From positions 1 to 64,000 of the forward strand of contig CAXHJY010001003.1 in the NCBI GenBank assembly GCA_964016885.1: a stretch of 64,000 nucleotides of DNA, read 5' to 3'. Positions 1 through 15,383 of the stretch are shown piece by piece. A program made the translations under genes and the position numbers. Each line of letters begins with the position of its first letter. Position 1 is the stretch's first letter. The notes beneath the pieces were generated by a model. It had not been told where the DNA came from. It saw nothing but the letters and a program-made list of their open reading frames with translations, and did no database searches. The DNA is from Eledone cirrhosa. Its lineage: Eukaryota.

Positions 1-3000
1 GGACGGGGGTAGTCCCACTTGAGGCAAGAGTGATTGTCTTGCTCGCATAGGACTGTCTGGCAGGTTTTCTACAGTTGGATGCCCTTCCTAACACCAACCA
101 CATTTACAGTGTGGGTCTGGGAGGTTTTTACCGTGTTGCCTACACGGCCACATTACAGCGTGGACTGTGTGTTTTTTTTGTCGTGACACCTACACGATCT
201 CATTTGTTTCGGCCTCGATGGCGCGGCACCAACATAACTTTACATAGAACGGGGTGGTGTGGATGGGGTGGGGGGTGGGGGTGGTGGGACGGGGTGTATT
301 TTGTTAGAGATGCCTACTGGCTGGAGTAGGTTTTACTATATATTTAGGTAAGGCGGGTCTTCTCTGTTACTGAGTACCGCCAAAGGTCTCGGTCCAGTGA
401 CATTGTCTTGGAGAGGTGTAAGTGTGTGATGTCGGAGTTTATCAGCTCGTCCCAGGTTTTTCTAGGTCTGCCTATTCCGTGACTACCGTCTATCTTTATT
501 GCCCTGCACTTTGTTATACAGCTATCGACTTTCATGCGCATCACGTGTCCATACCAACGTAGCCTTCTCTCGAGTAAACAACATCTGATCCCTCTTATCT
601 CTAATTTTTTTCTTAGTTCGTTTATGCTTTGCCGTTCACGTATATTACTGTTACACATCCAGCGGAGCATGCAAGCTTCGTTCCTCTCTAGTCTGCGTAT
701 ATCCTCTGCACACAATGCCCAGGTCTCACTGCCATGCAGCATTGCTGTTCGTATGCAGGCATCGTACAACCTGCCTTTCATTTTTAGTGAGAACCCTTTA
801 GCAGCTAATAGTGGTATAAGCTCTCTGAACTTTTTCCAACCAGTTCTGACTCTAGCTACAGTACTTTCAGAGCACCCTCCCCCACTGCTGATTTTATCGC
901 CCAGGTAACGGAAGCTGTCCACTATTTCTATAGAACCCTCTGCGCAATTGAAAGAGCTAGTAGTTTGTGGGCACTTGCTGCTACTTATTGCACCAGAGCA
1001 CCGGCCACATGTAAAATCTATGTTCTTAGTTAGCTTACCTGTGATCCCACTACATCTTTTATGCACCCATACTTTGCATTTAGGACATAAAATGGAGTTT
1101 CTACCTACGCCTTTCCTACACACCGAGCACGACCATTTCCCAGAAGGGACCGCCGCCTTGTTTTCTTTCCTACAAACTAGTACTTTGGTCTTAGCCAGGT
1201 TAATTTTAAGTCCTTTTGACTCTAGGCCGTGCTTCCATGTTTGGAATTTCTTCTCTAGCTCGGCCATTGATTCCGCTATGAGTGTCAGGTCGTCTGCGTA
1301 TAGGAGTTCCCATGGGCAGCCTGTCTTGAACTCCTCTGTTATAGCCTGAAGGGCAATAATAAATAGTAGTGGACTGAGAACAGAGCCCTGATGGACGCCA
1401 ACTTTTACGCTAAACTCTTCACTATATTCGTTGTTAATTCTAACCTTGCTGACTGTTTCTTTATACATGGCTTGTATAGCCCTCACAAGCCATTCGTCAA
1501 CGCCTAGTTTTCTAAGAGCCCACCAGATAATGGAGCGGGGGACTCTGTCGAAGGCTTTCTCCAAGTCGACAAAAGCTAAGTAGAGGGGTTTACCTTTAGC
1601 TAGGTACTTCTCCTGTAGTTGTCGTACTATGAAAAGAGCGTCTGTGGTACTTTTGCCTGACACAAACCCGAACTGCATTTCATCTAGGTCAATTCTCTCT
1701 CTGATTAGTTGCGCTATTACTCTTTCCGTGACCTTCATGACCTGGTCGATTAATTTAATGCCTCTATAGTTACTCCTATCTAGGGCGTCTCCTTTACCCT
1801 TATAACAGTTAACGATGATGCTGCTATGCCAGTCCTTCGGAACAACCCCATTCTGTACGACTTGGTTAACTATGCGGGTGACCATGGTGTGTCCCACCGT
1901 GCCAGATGCCTTCAGCATCTCAGCAACTATTTCCGAAGGCCCAGCCGCCTTACCAGTCTTCATATCCTTGATTGCCTTACTTATTATACTCCCCTCGACT
2001 AACACTGCTGGTCCCTCTATTGGGTCGATATGGGGGAGACTGCCTTTCTCCCAATTATTCTCCTCATTTAGAAGCCTTTCATAGTGACACTTCCAAGCTA
2101 CCTTCTTATCAGCGTCGGTGATGGCAAGTGTGCCATCGTCGTTTAGTACACACTTCTCCCCGACAATATCACGGTTTTCCTTGACGCATTGCCTAGCAAT
2201 CCTGAACACCTCACGTTTTTGGTCATCGCGTTGTAGAACATGCTTGAACTTTCTTTCCTCAGCTTCCCTTCTTGCTAAGTACACTTGTCTCCTAGCTTCC
2301 CTCCTGGCCACTTGATAGTCCTCTCTACTTCCCCCATCCCGCCATACTTTCCAAGCCTGCTTTTTGGCCTTAATTGACCCCTCCACCTTACTGTTCCACC
2401 ACCATGTTACTCTCCTCCTGCCTACAGGCCTGCTCCAGCCACAGACCTCGTCTGTCGCCAACAGCAGGTTTGCTTTCAGAAATTCCCACTCTCCCTCTAT
2501 ATTGTCCGACTCTAAATGTTCTTCCTTACTGTCGAAAGCATCAAGTAATATGCTTTGAAATTTATTCCTGGCTGTGGGGTCCTTTAGCTTCCATATTTTC
2601 CTCCTGAGGATAGTCCTCTTCTGTTGTCGAGTACGTCTCGTCCTGACTATGAGGTCGCTAATTATCAGTCTATGTTGGGAGGTGCATTCTTCATGGGGGA
2701 GGGATTTAGTGTTAACAAGAGACACTCTGTCACGTCTTCTGGTAAGGATATAATCTACCTGGCTTGTGTGTTCCCCGGATCTATAGGTGATCAGGTGATT
2801 GTCACGTTTTTTGAAGTTAGTGTTACAGATAGTTAGGTTATTTGCATCACAGAATTCCAGGATTCTGGAGCCTTCCTCATTTCTAGTACCAAACCCATAG
2901 CCTCCATGGATTTCGTCGTAGCCGTCACAATGTTGTCCAACGTGACCATTTAGGTCGCCTGCGATAATTATATAGTCACTGTCGGATATTTGGGAGGTAG

Positions 3001-4157
3001 TTAGCATCAGTGTCTCATAGAATCTGTCTTTTATAGTGCCGGGCAGTCCGGATTGGGGTGCGTACGCAGATATTACTGTCACCGTAGTTCTATTGAGGAC
3101 AAGTCGTATTTTAATTATTCTGTCGTTCACTCTGTTTACGTCTATTATCTTATCTGCCCACTTTTCTGCTACCATGATTCCTACTCCACCCAGCCCATCG
3201 TCGTTTCCCACCCAGAAAAGCTTATAACAACGTTTTTTACCCTCAATGAACCTAGCAGACCCACCCCTCCACCTGGTCTCTTGAATACAACAAACATCGA
3301 CCTCCTTACGTTCAAGCATTTCTACAACCTCGTTAGCGCGACCCTTTAGGGTGCCTACATTTATGGTACCAACTCTGAAGTTTTGGATTGCGTTTGGGGG
3401 TTGGGGGCGGTGAGGGGCGGGGGGCGATGGGGTTATGTTAGCCGTCCGCGGTCGAAACAATGAGGAGTGCTCGCATTCTCGTCCAAGGGGTGAATTTGTC
3501 TTTATCTTTGGCATTGTCGCTGAGCGTCCAGATTTTTCTCTCTCACCTCCACTCTCCAGGATTCCGCAGTCCATCCATCCATCATATATCGTATATCGAA
3601 AGGCAACCAGGCAAGCGATAGTATAGGCCTCTGGTTTCTGATTGGTCCGCGTAATAATACTGGTGATGCGTGGGGGCTCTGTTTTATGATTGGTCCACGT
3701 AATAGCAATGGTGGTGTGTGGGGGTGGGAGGGAGGGGTGTTGGGTAGCTAGCAAGAAGGTAATGATTGAGTGGGGTCCATGCATTTAACAAGCGATTAAC
3801 AAAAATACAAAATTTGTTCTGTTAAATACGTCCAAAAACCTACGTATTTAGCACTTAATAGAAACAGAAAATGTAGTTTGTTTTAGCGATAGATTGGCTA
3901 TTTGGACTTGATACGAAATATGGATTGTTTTGAAAATACGCTAGGAGAGAGAGAGAGAGAGATGGAGTCTGTACATTACGTTTACATGAATTTCGTTGGG
4001 ACAGCAAGCAATGAAATGAAATTTGGCGAAGTGAATTCCTATCATATATTTATAGGGAGAGAGAGAGAGAGTGAGAGAGAGCGAGGGTAGGGGGCCACAT
4101 GATGGCTGTGGGTGTTAGGCGTTTGACCGCCCCGTGCCTTCGAAGAAGGAAGAAGGA
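1..4157 (-). mobile_element. Full-length RTE-clade LINE (family A, copy 1); 3' tail lies just left of the window, 5' boundary approximate
   Basis: Intact APE+RT ORF. The 3' UTR (1-343) is nearly identical to that of the copy at 24573-25920, which ends in a stem-loop plus (GAT)n. The 5' side abuts a TA tract at about 4158. Confidence 0.9.
344..3784 (-). CDS. RTE ORF: APE endonuclease + reverse transcriptase with internal PHD finger (likely start ATG at 3514, MPKIKT)
   Basis: APE motifs GTINVGTL, CIQETRW, SAYAPQ, GDLNGH, QVDYIL, QHRLI. RT motifs [40 protein letters not shown]-terminus [24 protein letters not shown]. No internal stops. Confidence 0.93.
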   Translation of the reverse strand: MHGPHSIITFLLATQHPSLPPPHTTIAITWTNHKTEPPRITSIITRTNQKPEAYTIACLVAFRYTIYDGWMDCGILESGGEREKSGRSATMPKIKTNSPLGRECEHSSLFRPRTANITPSPPAPHRPQPPNAIQNFRVGTINVGTLKGRANEVVEMLERKEVDVCCIQETRWRGGSARFIEGKKRCYKLFWVGNDDGLGGVGIMVAEKWADKIIDVNRVNDRIIKIRLVLNRTTVTVISAYAPQSGLPGTIKDRFYETLMLTTSQISDSDYIIIAGDLNGHVGQHCDGYDEIHGGYGFGTRNEEGSRILEFCDANNLTICNTNFKKRDNHLITYRSGEHTSQVDYILTRRRDRVSLVNTKSLPHEECTSQHRLIISDLIVRTRRTRQQKRTILRRKIWKLKDPTARNKFQSILLDAFDSKEEHLESDNIEGEWEFLKANLLLATDEVCGWSRPVGRRRVTWWWNSKVEGSIKAKKQAWKVWRDGGSREDYQVARREARRQVYLARREAEERKFKHVLQRDDQKREVFRIARQCVKENRDIVGEKCVLNDDGTLAITDADKKVAWKCHYERLLNEENNWEKGSLPHIDPIEGPAVLVEGSIISKAIKDMKTGKAAGPSEIVAEMLKASGTVGHTMVTRIVNQVVQNGVVPKDWHSSIIVNCYKGKGDALDRSNYRGIKLIDQVMKVTERVIAQLIRERIDLDEMQFGFVSGKSTTDALFIVRQLQEKYLAKGKPLYLAFVDLEKAFDRVPRSIIWWALRKLGVDEWLVRAIQAMYKETVSKVRINNEYSEEFSVKVGVHQGSVLSPLLFIIALQAITEEFKTGCPWELLYADDLTLIAESMAELEKKFQTWKHGLESKGLKINLAKTKVLVCRKENKAAVPSGKWSCSVCRKGVGRNSILCPKCKVWVHKRCSGITGKLTKNIDFTCGRCSGAISSSKCPQTTSSFNCAEGSIEIVDSFRYLGDKISSGGGCSESTVARVRTGWKKFRELIPLLAAKGFSLKMKGRLYDACIRTAMLHGSETWALCAEDIRRLERNEACMLRWMCNSNIRERQSINELRKKLEIRGIRCCLLERRLRWYGHVMRMKVDSCITKCRAIKIDGSHGIGRPRKTWDELINSDITHLHLSKTMSLDRDLWRYSVTEKTRLT

Positions 4158-5133
<976 letters not shown>

Positions 5134-5252
5134 TAGCTTGGGTTTGAATTTATCAATAAAATTCTTTTCTTTGATTTTTCTCTTGATTTCATTTGGGCTG
5201 TGTGAGAAAAATCAAAGAAAAGAATTTTATTGATAAATTCAAACCCAAGCTA
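5134..5252. repeat. Perfect 49-bp inverted repeat with 21-nt loop
   Basis: TAGCTTGGGTTTGAATTTATCAATAAAATTCTTTTCTTTGATTTTTCTC (5134-5182) and its exact reverse complement (5204-5252). Confidence 0.95.
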
Positions 5253-5639
5253 AATGAACAATAATAACGCCTAGGGGTATTACTTCTACTACCACTATGA
5301 CCACGACCACTAACAACAACAACAACAACAATAATAATAATAATAAAAGTGATGTTGATGGTGATGATTAATAGAAAATGCTATTTTCATCATTTCAAAA
5401 AAGCAAAACAATTGATACGTTGGATATGACTATTGGTCGTTAGCATGCTCAACCAGCCGTGACGCTTAAACCAATCAGCTGTAGTAATTCAGTGAAACTA
5501 CACACTGATTGGTCGAAATACAGTTTACAGGGCTTTGCATTCTGGAGCCACTTTTCTCTGTATAAAATGTATAAAAGGTAGGAAATTTACCCATCTCATT
5601 ACAGTTGAAAATTGCAAACTCGACTGTCACCACATATCA

Positions 5640-5678
5640 TGAACCTGAAGATTGCGAAAGCATGAAAGTACTTGTTCA
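5640..5678 (+). ncRNA. Minimal type I hammerhead ribozyme candidate (solo)
   Basis: TGAAC-CTGAAGA-T-TGC(GAAA)GCA-T-GAAA-GTAC-TT-GTTCA. Stem I TGAAC/GTTCA, core CUGANGA and GAAA, palindromic stem III AGTACT. The pair at the base of stem II is a non-canonical U-U. Confidence 0.65.
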
Positions 5679-5794
5679 ATTAACACTTAGAATTTAATAT
5701 TCTATCATACTATTTCATTATAATACCATTATATATATTTTAAAGGATTGTCAATAAAACGAGTAAATCAGACAAAGTTGGAATTCCTCTTATT

Positions 5795-9350
<3,556 letters not shown>

Positions 9351-9753
9351 TAAAATATTAAAAAAATAATGAATAAAACAATGAAACAGTTCCTTATATT
9401 AAACAAAAAAAGTTTGTTATTTAACGATCGTTTTTAGGACATATATGTGTTAGAATTGGCATGCATATTCAACAGATCTATGTACAAAATTATACAAACT
9501 ATCAAAGAGAATATACATACCATCACATATATATGCTGTCTTCAGAAATAATTATTTCTTAAGACAGCATATATATGTGATGGTATGTATATTCTCTTTG
9601 ATAGTTTGTATAATTTTGTACATAGATCTTTTGAATATGCATGCCAATTCTAACACATATATGTCCTAGAAACGATCGTTAAATAATGAACTTTTTTTGT
9701 TTAATATAAGGAACTGTTTCATTGTTTTATTCATTATTTTTTTTTATATTTTA
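9351..9753. repeat. About 400-bp near-perfect palindrome (foldback) with no loop, centre 9551/9552
   Basis: Centre AGAAATAA|TTATTTCT. The arms pair for about 200 bp each with only a few mismatches. Confidence 0.95.
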
Positions 9754-9885
9754 TCTTGACTCTGTATTCTGTTTATCTTTCACCGAAAGTGATTTTTGAA
9801 TGCATCTCTTCTTTCCATGTTATCCGGATTACATTGAGTTCTTCATACGGATTGGACACTACCGTAAACTTTTGGTAGATTTATC

Positions 9886-9997
9886 TATATATGTATGTAT
9901 ATATGTATATATATGTATATATATGTATATATATATGTTTATATATGTATGTATGTATATATATATATATATATATATGTTTATATATGTATGTATG

Positions 9998-10066
<69 letters not shown>
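9886..10066. repeat. Interrupted (TA)n tract flanking the Penelope 3' end
   Basis: Seen directly. Confidence 0.95.
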
Positions 10067-10201
10067 GTATAGTATGCTAGGGAAAGGATCAGGGGTGTAT
10101 AACACTCCACTTATCCAGCAGGCAGTATGAGGTTAGCTCAATGTCTGAGGACAGAGCCGTAATATAATAAATAACAAAGAACGCTTATAGCATATGCATA
10201 T

Positions 10202-10259
10202 CTTTACTTGCTAACATTGTTTCATCCGCACTATAAGTGGGACTCATCAGAGCATAAAG
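10202..10259 (-). ncRNA. Minimal type I hammerhead ribozyme in the 3' pseudo-LTR
   Basis: CTTTATGCT-CTGATGA-GTCCCACTTATAGTGCGGAT-GAAAC-AAT-GTT-AGCAAGTAAAG. Bulged stem I, stem II and a 2-bp stem III; predicted cleavage after GUU. Confidence 0.85.
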
Positions 10260-12395
10260 GTTAATTACATACCATACAAGCAATAACAAATCCAAGACAT
10301 TGAAGAATGAAAGGTAATAATAGACGATAAAGGATAAGAATAAAAATAAAAGTAAAAATAAAAATAAGGGGTGCTATCAGTCACAGTTGGGCGGGGTGCT
10401 GTCAACATATAGTTACATACAAGCATACACATGGATAAGAGAACAGACAAGAGTAGACACATGGATAAGAGAACAGACAAGAGTAGATAAGATAGATGGG
10501 ATTAGGTAAGAGTAGGTAAAAAATAGGTAAAAAAATAGGTAAAAAATAGGTGAAAAACAGACTTATAATATATATAAATAAGAAAATATAAAGAAATACA
10601 AAGAAATACATAACAAACTTACATATAAAATATAGGGTAAGGAATGAGATAAAATAATATAAAATTAAAATTAAAAATTATATACATAGAACATAATATA
10701 ATATAATCGTAAAATAAGATAAAATAAGGTAAACTAAAATCAAATAACATAGACTAAATTAAAATAATATAATATAAGATATAATTAAATGTATAATTAA
10801 ATGTAATTAAATAAATAAATAAATAAATAAAATTTAAATTTAAATTTTAAAATTAAAATTCAAATTTAAATTTAATTAAATAAATAAATAAATAAATGGA
10901 GTCAAGTAAGTAAATAAATAAAATTAGATAACATGAAATGAAATAAAATAAAATGAAATAAAGTAAATTGAGATAAGATATATATTTTTTTAGAATATAT
11001 CTCTTGAATATATCAGGGGCCCACGAAGGCACTAAGTGTCACAGTTATGTGTATCACTTGACCATTTTTTTTAAATATATTTCTTGAAAACATGAGGGGC
11101 CCACGAAGGCATTAAGTGTCACAGTCACCAGTATCACTTGACCATTGCAAGGCAATGGAGGCGTCCCAGGTTGGGCAGTCTCGAAAGTTCACTCGAAAGT
11201 CATGGGTGTGCATTCACACAGTTGAGCAGTGGGGTAATCACAAACCGGTTCACACACGGGCAGGAGTCCAATGGTCAGAGAGAGGTGCATCGAAGGAGGT
11301 AGAAGAATTCACGTGCATTAGCAAGCGAGGTGCAGGCGGGTTAAAGCAAGCAGACACAGTTGTAGCGCATACAAAATATATATAAAAAGACAGAAGATAT
11401 ATAAAAAATAGCTTCAAGAGCCATTAAGTCACCGCATTGGGACATCACAAGATTGTACACATCAATATGTTCAGCACGTATATGCACGTATACACACCAC
11501 ATGCATATGCAGAGACGGTATACATATATATATATATATATTTTTATATATACAGACACATACAACCACCTACACCCATACACATATAAATGTATACACG
11601 GACACACACGCACACACACACAGCGTAGGACACCCGGGTCAAAGCTGATATTAAACACCGAAATACCACATTAGACCAGACCCACCACCACAGGTAATAC
11701 ATTCAAAACAAATACATACGACGAGATGTAGTAAAATAAAGTTGAAATCCTACGGAGATATTCATGTCCGCACGTGCCATTGACCGATTCGAGTGTACAC
11801 AGACCGTTAGTAACTACGGAGGGCTATCGGGGCCAAAACGTTACTTTCGGGATCATAAAAACGACCGTCAATATATGGAAGGCCGATCGTGCTAGAAAGA
11901 CTACAACCCCGGGTAAGAGCTCCCAGAGGTCAGCCTGTAGATCTTAAACCACAGAATATGAGGGCAACACGTACATGCGCCACGTATCCACTGCTTACGG
12001 CGGGATGGCACGGGTCCGCCCACAGTTACAGGCTAAATTTCTACTAGTGCAGCCTAAATCGCAGTACACGCTTTACATAAATACATTACATCACAACTCA
12101 TGCGCATACAGAGGTACAGATCAACAAGATATACGTCAGGATAGGTCCACCAATGCACTAATGGTGGGTAGGCCAGCATGGATCGGTTACATCCACTGTG
12201 CCAAACAGGGGTGCTTATTAACATACACTCCCCTGCACACCCCAATATCAAGATCAATATCCTCCCACAGGCATACGTATACATTCACCGACTCATATAC
12301 ATAGACGACCAACAATAGGAGACAGTTACACACAGTCAGAGACAGTTACACAAGACAGCCCAACTGGAGGAATAAGGAAGTGCTAGCTAACAGGT

Positions 12396-14916
12396 TTAAA
12401 GTAGAAAGAAGAAAGAGCTTAATATTCGGTGGGGGCAAGAGGAAAAAATTTCAGACTTTCTATTTAGTAGAGGGCATTTAGCAAATATAATAGAGTGGGA
12501 TTCAGCAAGGCACAGGTTACATACTCTACTATGAGGAGTATATGGATGGGATTTAGCAACCTGCCGCCAAGTAAGTGTGTAACGTGTTCGTGCATTTTTT
12601 AAATTATGGACGTACGCTGCCAAGGAGGTGGAGTTCCTCAGTTTATTATGTCTAAAAGTGCATTGATGAGAGTTAAACCTGGTCTTAAAGGGGGTGGAGG
12701 TTGATCCTATATAGGTCTTAGTGGACGCCGTAGTTACCACATCACACGCATAAACTATGTTTCTAACAAGGCAGAAACCATTCAGGGCGCAGCCTGAAGC
12801 CCTTCTACAGTTACAACCTCTGGTGATGCTATTCTCAGAAAGATCACCACCAGTGTTTCTGCCCACTCTATCCACTACCGTGTTTTCCCCTAGGCTTAGG
12901 TTGTCCAGGCCTTCCTTTATTTTCTTATTATTAGTAATGGCCAGATGAGAGGCCAGATTTTGGGTTGTAGAATACGAAAGTTTAACAACATTCTTATTGA
13001 GGATAGAGTGGTACCTATTACCAGGAGGGAAGTTCCGTTCTAGCACAGAGAAGAAGGCCCTAGGAATATTTATAGCCACTTCAGAATTAAAAGGGGGGTT
13101 GAAGTATGTATTCAATCTTCTTCTATTCTTTTTATTCTTTCTATTTCCATCAGTATTATTAGCATTATTATTTCTACGGTTCCTATGCTCACCTAGTCTA
13201 TGCGGGGAGCTGCGAGGCCTACCATTGCTATTACTTAGACTAATGGTGCCCTGCTGGTTCATTCCACCGGCATCTAGAAACCTCCCGTTCACGACACCTC
13301 TATTGTTATTACTTAGACTAATGGTGCCCTGCTGCTTCATTCCACCGGCATTTAGAACCCTCCCATTCGCAACACCTCGATTACCAATGGACATATTATG
13401 TGTTATAACAACACTGGTAGAGCTACTATTAGGACCATTATTTCCCTGGGTGTAATACAATTTGTCCCTAAAGCCGGATCTAGCTAAGGCGTCGTTATAG
13501 TAATCAGCCTGTGAGTCAAACGCCTCCTCACTATGTGAGAGTGAACTTATTCTGTTAGATACGCCCTTCAGTATACCGCTGATGACAGACCTAGGGTGGT
13601 TGGAGTTGGTATTCACGTAAGTCAGCAATTCATTGGGCTTATGGTACGGTGTGTACGTATGGTTATCCAAGTCCAGTGTAACCTCTAGGAAGTTCAGTTC
13701 TATCATTTACATCCATAGTAATGGATAGGTTAAATGTTTTAAAAAAGCTATGCAGCTTTTTCCTAATGCGCACTATATTATACTTACTAGTATCTATGGA
13801 GAGTAGGGCGTCATCCCGGTACAACCCGCCCCTAAGGAAAGGGAAGTTACTATGCAGTTCATTGAGGAGGTATAGTCCAACTAAGTCGGTGACTTGAGCA
13901 GAGTCACTCGACCCCATAGTAATGTCAAAATTATCAGGTGTGTTTTTTCTCGTCCATAGATTATCCTCAAACATGATAATGGTTTTACGTGCAGCGAGAA
14001 CAATATCTATCTGTGGCCTAGTAATTGCCCCCCTCTGCATGGCTAGGATGAGGGCCTTATTGAGGTTAATAGGAGATATAGATGTATAATAAGCATCAAT
14101 ATCAAATTGGATGAATTTTAGTGAGTCACGACCACAATCCGTAGAGAACCACGTAATGACCTCACTAGTGTTACCCCAAAGCTCAAGGAAAGTTTTTTCT
14201 CTAACCAGGGGAATAACGCTATCCAAGATTCCCTTACTAATAATCCCCAGGTCAGACTTGGAGGGGCAGATAAGCCTAACTGAGGGTCTGCTAATAAAAT
14301 CTTCCTTGTGGTCCTTGAGGGTGAATCTAGGCTGCTTGGGGTAATAAGGCTGAGTGTGTTTATCCAGACCTAATTTTACCACTATGTTATACCCCTCCAG
14401 ATTAATATTATCTAAATTACTCTGCGTTGTTTTTTTGTAGTTCCTATGTAGTTCATTATAAATGAAGCCTCGATAGGTTTTATAATCCATACTATATAAG
14501 TTTTTAGTTTTGTCAGAGGGGACCAGAATGGATTTATTATCCCTAAAGTCCCTAACGATTGAACTTAGTTTACTCTGAAATTTATTGGTACATCTAGATT
14601 TTTTATATCTAATATTCCTAACAAGGGATAATAACTCACTTTCGAAGTTATCCAACAGGCTATTATGCGGGGGGCTCCTATAGGTCTTAAATCCATAATT
14701 ATTAAAACTACGCCTCTCCTCAGGGCTATCATACCTCCTATCAAAGTGGAACGCACGCCACCGAACACGTTTTACGAATGAGTTTATGCTAGTTATCAAT
14801 GATTTCTCATATGAGATTTTAGGGGGGGTGGGAATATTCTTCAAGGAAATGGGTAAGTATGTCTTTGTTAGCATACTGCCTGATAATATACAAGGACACA
14901 AATCCGCGTATATCAA
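12396..14916 (-). pseudogene. Penelope RT + C-terminal GIY-YIG endonuclease, split by one frameshift near 13695
   Basis: ORF 13663-14916 has SDKTKNLY, LKDHK, FDIDAYYTSI, TMGS, LYRDDAL. ORF 12396-13706 has NFLEVT, SNHP, CNCR..C.LNG.CL, IVY...YIG, CNLCLAE, LNRKSE..CPHR. Confidence 0.9.
13224..13379 (-). repeat. In-frame 78-bp (26-aa) tandem duplication in the Penelope RT-endonuclease linker
   Basis: RGVANGRVLNAGGMKQQGTISLSNNN / RGVVNGRFLDAGGMNQQGTISLSNSN. Confidence 0.9.
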
Positions 14917-15076
14917 AGTTTAAGCTCAACCAGTGGGAGCCGTATAGTATGCTAGGGAAAGGATCAGGGGTGTATAACACTCAACTTATCCAGCAGGCAG
15001 TATGAGGTTAGCTCAATGTCTGAGGACAGAGCCGTAATATAATAAATAACAAAGAACGCTTATAGCATATGCATAT

Positions 15077-15134
15077 CTTTACTTGCTAACATTGTTTCAT
15101 CCGCACTATAAGTGGGACTCATCAGAGCATAAAG
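15077..15134 (-). ncRNA. Minimal type I hammerhead ribozyme in the 5' pseudo-LTR
   Basis: Identical 58-nt motif to 10202-10259. Confidence 0.85.
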
Positions 15135-15383
15135 GTTAATTACATACCATACAAGCAATAACAAATCCAAGACATTGAAGAATGAAAGGTAATAATAGAC
15201 GATAAAGGATAAGAATAAAAATAAAAATAAGGGGTGCTATCAGTCACAGTTGGGCGGGGTGCTGTCAACATATAGTTACATACAAGCATACACATGGATA
15301 AGAGAACAGACAAGAGTAGACACATGGATAAGAGAACAGACAAGAGTAGATAAGATAGATGGGATTAGGTAAGAGTAGGTAAA

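Larger units (their letters stand above)
10067..15383 (-). mobile_element. Penelope-like element (Naiad-like) with pseudo-LTRs (about 14942-15383 and 10067-10519) and a 2.3-kb 3' UTR
   Basis: RT + GIY-YIG coding region flanked by about 450-bp direct repeats, each containing a hammerhead ribozyme. Confidence 0.92.

Noticed and set aside
534-3626. Short ORFs antisense to the LINE, Penelope and R4 coding regions (repeated in each copy)
   Set aside because: Shadow ORFs; they recur only because the elements are repeated.
4081-4157. HDV-like ribozyme at the 5' end of the full-length RTE
   Set aside because: The region is GC-rich, but I could not assign a consistent P1-P4 fold.
9525-9550. CTGAAGA (- strand) next to the palindrome centre as a possible hammerhead core
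   Set aside because: No correctly placed GAAA or stem III follows it.
10427-11145. 30-bp and about 63-bp direct repeats resembling CRISPR repeat-spacer units
   Set aside because: Only two copies each, inside a eukaryotic retroelement UTR, with no cas genes.
11116-12304. Small ORFs in the Penelope 3' UTR (mirrored at 16283-17549)
   Set aside because: No recognisable domains, partly microsatellite-derived, and identity between arms reflects recent duplication.
12396-13000. Selenoprotein-type Naiad (UGA-Sec + SECIS)
   Set aside because: No in-frame TGA at the conserved Cys positions, and no SECIS can be supported by eye.
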